Shown here: one piece after another, positions 53,241 to 64,000 of the stretch | Position numbering within the stretch: position 1 is the stretch's first letter | Layout of the letters: each line of letters starts with the position of its first letter | NCBI GenBank assembly: GCA_951406725.2 | Contig: OX597816.1 | Span: forward strand, 181,474,001 to 181,538,000 | Source of the DNA: Octopus vulgaris | Taxonomy: Eukaryota | Direction: 5' to 3' | DNA length: 64,000 nucleotides | Program-made: the position numbers and the translations under genes | The notes under the pieces: generated by a model | Database searches by the model: none | What the model was told of the DNA's origin: nothing | Seen by the model: only the letters and a program-made list of their open reading frames with translations

Positions 53241-54010
53241 TTTATTACGATTATTATTTACTACGATAAGTTGAATTTTTTATTACGATTATACAATTTT
53301 ACATAGAGTGGGACATTACAAGACAAAACAATTACATGAAAATGTTATGAGTTCGAACGAACATTTAAAAAATTTTGATGTTAGTTTATATAATTTAACT
53401 TGATTTTTTTAAAAACTGTCCCTTTTTAAAAAAATTACATACTGAGAGTAGACACCGGCAGCCTGTAAGGTCAAGCAACTCTCTTCCCTCATTGATGATT
53501 GAGTTGGGTTACTAACACCCACCTTTCTCATCACATCCTTCCATCGTTTCTCATACATGTTCCGCGGCAGGGTTTTCCTCTCCAACCCCATCTTGCACTT
53601 TAGGTATGGTACCTGAAATCGGTTAGCAACCCGGGGCCAGAGACGAAGGACCCTGTCACGATACCTTCCAATCTAGTTCGCCATACACATTCTTTCAATA
53701 CTGCAACAGTACAGAAAACATGCCTCACCTTTCTTTGTGAGTCCAGTTGGCGGTATCATCTTTATTAAAGATCTAGCCGACGGCTGTACTCGTCCCACGT
53801 GTTATACGCAACTTATCAAGCTTGACAGCTCCCGACATTGTACAAAAGCGTGCTGAACGGTTTTATCGTCCAGTCCGCACCTTGGATATGTTGGTGACAC
53901 TGACATTCCGTGTGCCCAGATAACTTATCGCGAACAGGTAAAGCGTTCCTGTAGCACTGCCAGCTCATGGACTTTTGGTAATTATCCAAATACCCTGGCC
54001 TGAAAGTCTT
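53240..54010 (-). pseudogene. Tx1/L1-clade LINE 3' relic (zinc-knuckle region)
   Basis: Minus strand: [15 protein letters not shown]...[17 protein letters not shown]. Related to 60460-60620. Confidence 0.7.
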
Positions 54011-54070
54011 TTTGAACAGGTTGGTAAGTTGAAACCAATGTAAGTTATCTAAGTAATATATATATGTATG

Positions 54071-54104
<34 letters not shown>

Positions 54105-54138
54105 TGTATGTATGTATGTATGTATGTATGTATGTATA

Positions 54139-54188
<50 letters not shown>

Positions 54189-54379
54189 ATATATATACTT
54201 ATATATATACTTATATATATACTTATATATATATTTATATATTTATATATATATACTTATATTTATTTTGTAAAATATTATAATATGTTATAAAATATTA
54301 TAATAATCCGTTTCTCGTAGCACTAGGCCACTTGGTGTGGAATAAATATACTATTAAATTAGTATCTAATTCTCTCACC

Positions 54380-54498
<119 letters not shown>

Positions 54499-54687
54499 TT
54501 GTGTGCCTGTGTTTTCCTCCCACCATCGCTTGACAACCGATGCTGGTGTGTTTACATTTCCGTAACTTAGCGGTTCGGCAAAGAGGCCGATAGAATAAGT
54601 ACTAGGCTTACAAAGAATCAGTCCTGGGGTCGATTTGAGGTGGTGCACCAGCATGGCCGCAGTCAAATGACTAAAACAAATAAAAGA

Positions 54688-54739
<52 letters not shown>

Positions 54740-57399
54740 TATATAAATGTGATATAGTTGACGAAGAAATAACAATTATTTAAAGTTCGAGCCGTGGTGA
54801 GGAGAAAACTAATTTATCTTCATGGTTTAAATCCGATCAAGAAGGACAGAGGAGATAATCAGGGAATTTATATTAATGTTAATTACATATTAGAATGTAG
54901 TGTTGGTTGGTGGGTGATTCTCATCTTTAGATAACTACTGACATGTTCCGGTCTTATTTGATCTCATCAGTGAATTATATTCGAACTGTTGCAATCATAT
55001 TTTAGATCGATATCTAAGAGAGAAAATATGGGATCTCTGTGAATAAATATAGAAGAAAATATCCAGAGATGCCTCGTAGAGATTTAATGCATATCCTCTT
55101 AAACGGTTTTAATAGATTAGGGATAGAAATGATAGGTGTAACATTCAGAGGCAGCGAATTGGTAAGGTTCTAGGAGCATCGGGCGAAATTTGTTGAGGCC
55201 TACTTAGGAGGTAGATTTAATTCACCATTTGGTTTAACACCATCAACTGGTATTTGATGTCCTTAACGGAATCGACTCTGTTGCTAGCATTAGAACCAGC
55301 TCATCAGTTTGAGGATACATTCCTCACACCAGTTTTGGAAGCCCAGCAAAGAACCATCGGCACTACTTTGGCCTCCTGCTCTAAGCAATCAAAAGTTTTC
55401 CCCTGGGTTTTAAAGTTAGCGGGGAAATAGTACAAGAACGTGAATGCAGCTCGCTTTGAAGGTAATCACCAGTTGGTATTTAAAAAGCCTACTTCTTCTT
55501 ACTTCTCTTAAATTTCAGCTTTAAAGAACTTGAACAGGAATGACAACCTTCAGATTTATGTTTTTGCTATATAACTAGTAGAAAGAACCTACCTTTAATG
55601 ATTTAGGTTGTAAACTTCCAACTTAAGTTTACAATCGTTAAAACTGTGTAAAGGCGAGAATAAGACACAGCATGGACTTCTATCATAAAATCATGCTCAG
55701 CTCCCCAGCAACTAATGTATTTAGTTTTCTTTTATTGTCTGTAAATGAATCTTAAATAAAAGAATTACCGGAAAATTTCTGTTCAGGGATTTGTCTGTAA
55801 AAAGTTAAGCAACATAAACATTAATGAGGAGACAATATTGAGTCCATGTTACATAAATACCACATTTTTAAGATTATGTGTTTAATATAATCGTAAAATT
55901 AATTTGACCTTCGTAATGTTTTATTTTTAATGACCAAATGTTCGCAGTTTACCAGATGCCATTGTGTTTTATTACAGCAGAAAAATATAGACTGTTTTTA
56001 AATGCACCCTAACATAGCTAACAGTAGAAAGATTTTTCCGTCAACAACATGCACAAGATAAGTTTTATCGAAGAAATAGAAGGAAAAATTCATTAATGGT
56101 GGGGAAACGAATAAAATTTAAAATATGAAAATATTTTCATGACGTAGATGACATACAACTGGTGATTACGAAAAACGAAATTGTCAGTGACAGTTGTCTT
56201 GAATTAAACAAGTATGATGCCATGATTATGTACATAACACAAATCTTTTTGGTGTAGGAAAATTTTTCTTTTTTTCTTTTTCAAAAGAGACAAACGAGTT
56301 GTTTGTTATTAATCTTCTACGTTTACACATCCACGTGTGCACACTTGTTTTGTTTTAGACTACATTTTTTTTCGCTTTACGGCTTGGCTTCCACTTATAC
56401 GTTGGCTATTCTGAATGGGAGGAGACAACGCTAGTTGTAGGCAACATATAGAGTTATTACCAGTGGAAAATTTAAACTAGCGCAAAGAAAATTTCACAAG
56501 TCTGTTGAACAAACAATTTTCAATAAGTAATTCTTGGAAAGAAAAGTCACAAATTCGAAAACGTAATTCCTTGGAAAGGAAAAAGTAAAACATTACACAA
56601 TACGTTTCGGACTTATAAACAATGAAAGTAAGTGTTTATAAATTGTTTTAAATTTTCAACCATTTGCTCAATTTTATACGGTTTCTCGTTTTTAATTTCT
56701 GCCCTGCTAGTTACTTCGTAACTGATAAGGATGTACTGGTGGTCTGTTCTTTCCAGATAAACTGCTTCAAAACTTGTAATGTCATACCGTGCATAACAAG
56801 AGAGTTTTCTGTTCTACCGTGGCTTTATAATATTTTTTTTTTAGTAATTTTACATTCCAATCGTTGCTTTTATATAATCCTCATTTAATGTACTCTACCG
56901 GTCTTGTTGCTTTACTTGCTAATGTTTCTCAGTTACATAAGTTTATTTCAACAGTTTAATCGTCCAAAGTAAATTAAAAGTTTTATAAAAATAAAATCAT
57001 TTAACGATTTAATTAAATACAATTTACAGACATTCCATAGTCTTGGAAGATTCGTCAATTTTATAAACAAAGGTGGAATATTTGAAGAATAATAATGATA
57101 ATCATGCTGCTGGTGATGGCTTCTCAGACTTCAGTATAGACTGGAGTGAAATACCTTGGTCCTGAATACAGTACAACACGTTCGGAGGGGTATTAACTTT
57201 TGACATTCTTGTATCTGGTGACAGCAATTTATTCTTAGTTGCACGGTAATGATTAACGAGCGAAAGTCGTAGTGTAGAAGCGAATCGTCCGAAAGCCGAC
57301 CATTGCAGGGCATTTTGGAAAAATGTCCTCTCCGTAAATTCGTACTGACCAATGCTTTGTGAATAAAATATGGTAGATGGAAACCCCGCTGAGGCCTGT

Positions 57400-57432
<33 letters not shown>

Positions 57433-57791
57433 CAGTTGTACTGAATTGTTCAGGGCTTAGATTAGATCCATCCATGTCTATTATTTTCATCTCTAATATC
57501 TCTGAGTGGTCAATAAAATCAATAGCAGAAACACTAGAATTGATTTAATCGATAATAATTTTTTAACAGCGAGGAGAGCCTCTACGTGTTCAATCTGCGA
57601 GATATAAAACCAAATTTATCTTAAACTAAACCTTATAATTTAAAAACAAGACATTAAATAATGCAGTTCTATATATCCTTGTGAAGATCAGGTGATCATT
57701 GTTTTGAATACTTTTGATCACGTGTCCATTTGGTAAAGTTAAATCAGAGTCTAAACAACAACAAGCACCGAAGTAACTTGATTAAGTTAAA

Positions 57792-57843
<52 letters not shown>

Positions 57844-58131
57844 TCATCATCATCATCATCATCATCATCAATATCATCACTTATTACGTCTATGTATTTA
57901 TTTCATGTTTATTTGTCAGCAGGCTATTTTCTTTCATTCGATAAAACATAGGCGCAGACATGGCTATGTGGTTAAGAACCTCGCTCTGCAAACACGTGGT
58001 GTCGTGTTCAATCCCTCTGTGCGACACTTTGGGCAAGTGACTTCTACTTATGACCTCGGTCCGACGAATTTCTTGCGAGTGAATTTGGTAGACGAGCGCT
58101 GTATGGAATCCCGTCGTGTGTGTATGTGTGC

Positions 58132-58175
<44 letters not shown>

Positions 58176-58325
58176 TGTGTGTGTGATTGTGTGCGGATGT
58201 GTTTTTGTGCTTATCATTCCACCACCCCTTGACAACCGGTGTTGCTTAGTTTACTTCCCCGTAACTTAAAAAGAAATTGATAGAAAAAGTATCGGGTTTA
58301 AAAAAATAACAAGTATTGGGAGCCG

Positions 58326-58415
58326 GTGGAAAAAGGGATCAGAATATAAAGAGTAGAAAAAGGGATCAGAATATAAAGAGTGGAATAAGGGATCAGAATA
58401 TAAAGAGTGGAATAA
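58326..58415. repeat. 27-bp minisatellite, about 3.3 copies
   Basis: Unit GTGGAAAAAGGGATCAGAATATAAAGA. Confidence 0.9.
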
Positions 58416-59639
58416 AAACCACAAGGCATTTTTGTTTGATACTCTGACTATTTTTCAAATAGTTTATTTGCTCTTAGTAATAAGGTTTAGCCCCAAACTA
58501 GTTGTGATTGAGTAAACCTAGAAAAAAAATCTTTCCATATGTGCCCATTACCTCTTTTGTCTTCCCAGACTTAATGTATGAGGCAGTATATCCTCTCTCC
58601 TTTGGGATTGTAGGGTATAATTTGAATGAAAATTGGCTCCGAAGCTGGGAGCAAGCTTCTTTTGTCCTTTTCGATTCTGTTGCTCAACTTTTCACATTTA
58701 CTTGAGCAAAACACTGACTTCTCTACATTTACTTAACTCGCTAAGCACATCACTTAGAAGCACTTTACGAGTTAAGTTGGGAAAGCTGAACAACCTGAAG
58801 GCTGTTCCGAGCTTACAAGCACATGAGGTCAGAGCTTGTTCGGATTTTCAAGGCGTGTAAGCAGTTCAAAGAACACTTTTCTCTGAACGGGATGCTAGGA
58901 CAAGGTGCTGACCTGACATCTGTGAACCTAATAGCCAAACCACCAGACCGTGCGCCTTCCCAAGCTCTGGGAGTAAGTCGTTTAAATTGATGCCAATATT
59001 TTAGTGCCGCAGTTGAATCGTTAGCACAAAAAAGCTTAGCGATATTTCGCCTATCTTTATGTTTTGAGTTCAAATTCCGCTGAGGTCGCCTTTGCCTTTC
59101 ATCCCTTCGGGGTCGATAAAATAAGTACCAGTATATCATTGGGGTCGATGTAATCAACTTACTCCGTCCCCTAAAATTGCTGCCCTTGTGGCAAAATTTG
59201 AAACAACGATCCTGCAGTTGAAAATTAAAAAATAAGTAAATTTTTTTTTTTAATCAGCATCGGCGCAGGCATGACTGCATGATTAAGGAGCCTCGCAACC
59301 ACATGATTTTGGGTTCAGTCTCATTGCGTGGCACCTTCTATTATAGTCCCGGTCGATTAATGCATTGCGAGTGAATTTGGTCAACAGAAATAGTGTGTGT
59401 GAGTCTTCGTGTCTGCGTTTACCCCGCACCACTTGACAACCGGTGTTGGTTTGTTTACATCCCCGTAAAATAGCGATAGAATAAATACCAGCCTTATTGT
59501 TATGTTATTATTTAAATGGTGAGGCGGTGAGCTGGCAGAATCGTTAGCAGGCTGCGGTTAATTTGTCCTTGCCAGAATTTGGTTAGTAATTGTTATTATT
59601 TATTGTTATTGTTGCCATTTATTGTTAAATTTTGAACTT

Positions 59640-61180
59640 ATTGTTCTACGTTCTGTTTTAACAGACGTAGTAGACTGTTGTTCCCCTCCATAAAGAGGGG
59701 AAAATAAATTTTGAAAAAAATATTCTGGAAAATATTTATTTTTGTGAAAATGAATTCGGAGGACGGGTCTTCTAACCGTGACCAAGCTAACCAAAGAGGG
59801 GCTGCAAAACAAGAGAAAATGAACGAAAATGTGAAGGAAAGTCAATGCTGAAAACTGTAAAATGAATAACGGAAAAGTAAACCCAACAGAAGACAACCAA
59901 AAGAAGATTAATTTTGCCACCGCAGCCGGTGTGAGAAAAGATAAATTGAACATAGATCTAGATTCACTACGGCAACACAGAGGTATGTTCGAAAGGGAAG
60001 GTTTTGATATTAAAGCCACCCTCCCTAACGAACTCATCGAAGAAACAAAGAGCTCGAAACCGCTTGTGAGACGCTCTATTTGCTGTCAACAACCGTTAAA
60101 GGGTGAACTACGGATGCCTTGGCTACTGATGCACAGACATGCGCTGAGGCTGAGGCATCTGTGTCTCTACCTGGATGGTGAACGGGTGTGGTCTTCGCTG
60201 CTGAAACAGATGTTTCCCAGGTTCACTAGTTTCGGTGGACGGGTAACCTGGTTCAGTCGCAGATCGAAGGAGTGTCGCAAGGCACTCCTGCTTTTCCGTC
60301 GCTCGGGCAATGCCTGTGGCAGTCGCTCCACCGTTGTCTTTTATAGAGGGTTTGTAGAGGCGGAATGCGATGATACATTGGGGGAGACCCTAGGTTTTGA
60401 CGATAATCAGCTGGCCAGTCTGTTCCAACGTACATTCGGGCCGAAGACCCTGGATCATTTTCAGAAGTCTTTGGCATGGCAGTGTTACCGCGGAGCCTTA
60501 CCTGTCCGGGATTAACTCTCAAGGCACAGTGGCCGAGACACCCCGATCTGTCCAAGATGTGGGCGGGACAAGGAAACCGTCCCGCACGCTATTGCTCAGT
60601 GCCCTGAAGTGTCTGGCTTGTGGGTTTATGCCGAACAACTGATGTCAGGTGGAGGAAGGGTACGGCTGTTGACTGAATCTATAGTGAAAATTAACCCACC
60701 GGATTTCTTAACGAAAGAAGGTAAGAATTGTTTTCTCTCTGTAGTAGCAACTGTGAGAGGGATTAGACGGAGGACAAGAATAAAAGGGATACGGTCAGGC
60801 ACCTTCATCTCTGACCCTGATCTGGTGAATTTTTTCATCTTCCTCCAGAAAGGCAAACAGGGCTGGAGAGGAGATGTTTGACTGATGACATGTTTGGAAA
60901 AAAAATGGAAGAATGTCGCACGAATATTGAGCATGAAAGGCTCCGCGTGAATGCGATTTGGTTTAAAAACCCAGGTCAGTGGTAAGGCGGGGTTCGTGGG
61001 GTCCGTTATAAACCCGCCTCTACTCCATCTGTTATGCCTTATTGTGTCCTATCATCATCCGCATTATATATAATGTATTTAGAATTTTTAAAAGGACCCC
61101 AATCGCATTTCTTGTAAAATCATTCGATTTCATTGTGCAGTCCCTTCTATGGATGTCCTTATCGATAGTAAAAAATAAAA
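59640..61180 (+). mobile_element. Tx1/L1-clade LINE, internally deleted
   Basis: LAWQCYRGALPVRD*L...CPRCGRDKETVPHAIAQCPEVSGLW (CCHC zf-RVT-type). No APE or RT core in between. A-rich 3' end at about 61170-61182. Confidence 0.7.
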
Positions 61181-61659
61181 AATCGTTAGCACGCCGGGTG
61201 AAATGCTTAGCCGTATTTCGTCTGCTGCAACGTTCTGAGTTCAAATTCTGCTGCGGTCGACTTTGCCTTTCATCCTTTCGGGGTCGATTAAATAAGTACC
61301 AGTTACGCACTGGGGTCGATATAATCGACTTAATCCGTTTGTCTGTCCTTGTTTGTTCTCTCTGTGGGCAGTAAAGAAATAGGTATTTCGTCTGCCGCTA
61401 CGTTCTGAGTTCAAATTCCGCCGAGGTCGACTTTGCCTTTCATCCTTTCGGGGTCGATAAATTAAGTACCAGTATATCACTGGGGTCGATCTAATCGACT
61501 TGCCTCCTCCCTCAAAATTTCGGGCCTTGTGGCTAGTGTAGAAAAGATTATTATTTCAATGGCACTGGGGTCTGTTTGTTCGACTAAACTATTGAAGGTG
61601 GTGCTTCAGCATGGCCGCAGTTCATTGACTGAAACTAGTAAAAGATCTGAGTTGAATAC

Positions 61660-61851
61660 CGGATGGCATTTTGACCGGCGTCTTATCGTGCCGTTTCCAT
61701 GACTCCGCTTCGTCGTCTTCAATAATACCATTTTCAATTATTACAATGCCCTCTTCTGAAAATAAAGATTGTTTTCTCCCCCGCGGCTGATGCCGGAAAC
61801 CTCGTTCTGTGTAGATTGCAGACAGTCGACTATTTGTTGATTTCCAAACAA
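61660..61851 (-). CDS. Candidate 192-nt internal coding exon of an unknown host gene
   Basis: Non-repetitive open frame (VVWKSTNSRLSAIYTERGFRHQPRGRKQSLFSEEGIVIIENGIIEDDEAESWKRHDKTPVKMPS), bounded by AG and GTATTC, phase 1-1. The acceptor is weak and no homology was recognised. Confidence 0.35.
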
Positions 61852-62265
61852 CTTCCAAGCAAATTAGCTTTAAAGTTTTTATACAGCAATAATTTGAGAC
61901 AATCGCATTATAGTACAAACTGTGATGTTGAATTGACTGTAGTGTTTATTTTTGAGACTGATCTCGTTGATAAAGCTAAACTGTTTCGAGTCAGCAAGAG
62001 GGTTTATACGTGGTCGCTCTATCTGCTAGAAATAGTAACCAAACTTCCACCAGTCCTACGTCAATGTGTCTATCTTTTATTCTTTTAATATTTTAAGTTG
62101 TTTCTGTCATTTGATTGCGGCTTTGCTGGGGCACTACCTTAAAGAGTTTAGTTGAATAAATTGACTCCAGCACGTCTCATTTTTAAAAAAAAAGTTTTAT
62201 CATTCTATTGGTCTCAGTTGGCGGAATGTAAACAAGTTAACAGCTGTCAAGCGGTGGTGGAACAC

Positions 62266-62313
<48 letters not shown>

Positions 62314-62957
62314 ATTCCTATCGTTAATACTTATATTATATAAGCTCCGATGAGAAAAACTCCAAGAACCCAGAAATCTTTGGAAGTGAGGCCTATTTTT
62401 TATAGAGACAAGAGGACAGTTTTAGGTGCCTTGTGATTGAATTTATTAGACAGAAGCTTTGTGGAAGTCTGTCGTTGTGTGTGTGTGTGTGTCACCCCTC
62501 CCTAAAACCGGTGTTGGCTGGTTTACGTCACAGTAATATATCGGTTCAGCAAAAGAGACCGGCAGAACAAGTACCAGACTTAAAGACAAAAATAAAAATT
62601 GGGGTCGATTTTTTGGACAAAACCCTTCAAGGCGGCACCCCAGTATGGCCGCAATCCAATGACTAAAACAAGTAAAAGATCTGTATTCTTGTACTTACAG
62701 ACATTTAAGCTATTCATCTTCAATTAACGACAGCTGGTTAATTACTCTTGCAAATAACAGGTGTAACCATTTCACCGATCAGTTTGCTTATTAGAAACGT
62801 TTACTCGCTACTTTAACGAGTCAAGAGTTTCGTGAACTGCTTCACGTCTATATTCTCTATTAACTTGACTGCAAAGAGGTTGACCCCTCTTCTAAGCCAT
62901 TCGCCAACATAAACATATATACTTTCTTTCTTTTCTCTGTCTGTCTGTCTGTCTGTC

Positions 62958-63001
<44 letters not shown>

Positions 63002-63617
63002 CCTCTCTCTCTTTCTCTCTCTCTGCACGCATCTGTTTGAAAAAGGATTAGTGTCCGAAATATTAAACTTTCCTTCGCGGCAAGGGCAGGGCTTTGTGAT
63101 TAAGGAGCTAGCGCTGGAACCACGAGGTTTCCGGTTCAGTCCCACTTTGAGCTAGTGTTTCCTGCTATGGACCCGGGCCAACCAATGCTTTGTAAATGTA
63201 TTTTGATGAGGGAAACTGTGTGGAAACTCATCCTATATCTATATGTCTGTGTGTGCTTCTTTGTGTTTGTCCCCCACCCACCGCTTGCGGTTCGGCAAAA
63301 GAGACCGATCGAATAAATATCAAACTTAACCCATCAAAGTAAGCCCCAGCATGGCCGCAGTTGTATAGCTGAAACAAAAGAAACTGAATTATTTGCAATA
63401 AATAAATCGCTTAAAGAGAAGTGGTACGTATTTCGAAATAAGTATTACTAACACGCATGCGCAAGTGTGGCTGTGCGGTAAGAGGTTTGCTTCCTAACCG
63501 CATTGTTCCGGGTTCAGTCTCACTGTGTGACACCTTGGGCAAGTATCTTCTATATGACCTCAGGCCGACCAAAATGTTATAAGTGGATATGGTGGACGGA
63601 GACTGAAAGAAGCCCGT

Positions 63618-63726
<109 letters not shown>

Positions 63727-63727
63727 G

Positions 63728-63842
<115 letters not shown>

Positions 63843-63847
63843 TATAG

Positions 63848-63878
<31 letters not shown>

Positions 63879-64000
63879 TATAGATATAGGCGGCGAGCTG
63901 GCAGAAACGTTAGCGCGCCGGGCGAAATGCTCAGCGGTATTTCGTCTGTCGCTACGTTCTGAGTTCAAATTCCGCCGAGGTTGACTTTGCCTTTCATCCT

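Noticed and set aside
55270-55312. Minus-strand CTGATGA GCTGG..CTAGC
   Set aside because: Stem II is present but GAAA and stem I are missing; cannot be distinguished from chance.
57105-57290. Stop-free minus-strand frame ending KSEKPSPAA*
   Set aside because: No splice acceptor upstream, it abuts a SINE relic, and there is no recognisable homology.
58326-58415. CRISPR-like periodic repeat
   Set aside because: Head-to-tail 27-bp units with no unique spacers, no cas genes and a eukaryotic context.

Overview
This is AT-rich, microsatellite-saturated eukaryotic DNA. The SINE families and repeat landscape look like an octopus (cephalopod) genome, which is an inference. No complete host gene is visible, and almost all long ORFs in the track are microsatellite or SINE artefacts. 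The real coding relics are CR1-group LINEs (44.5-53.2 kb, and 0.35-0.8 kb), Tx1/L1-like LINE pieces, RTE pieces, and mariner and Tc1 transposase relics. There are also Helitron-type and TIR MITEs and at least five tRNA-derived SINE families. The unexplained signal is a dense population of type I hammerhead ribozyme (HHR) motifs: about 5 intact-looking and about 12 decayed or half motifs in 64 kb. They sit in small non-coding elements, mostly beside microsatellites, often as fold-back inversions. The catalytic 3-8 tertiary pair occurs as C-G, U-A and G-C, and the stem III is usually a short palindrome (CGCG, ATAT, CTAG, CTCGAG, CACGTG, CAGCTG, CAATTG, CGATCG, CATG). Two ribozymes cap long rod-like hairpins. 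One element (11.8-12.4 kb) has a 363-nt circularly permuted unit, as expected for a retrozyme or Penelope-dependent circular RNA. A decayed HDV-like ribozyme candidate lies at the 5' end of an RTE-like element. All structures were read by eye and none has been computed or tested.
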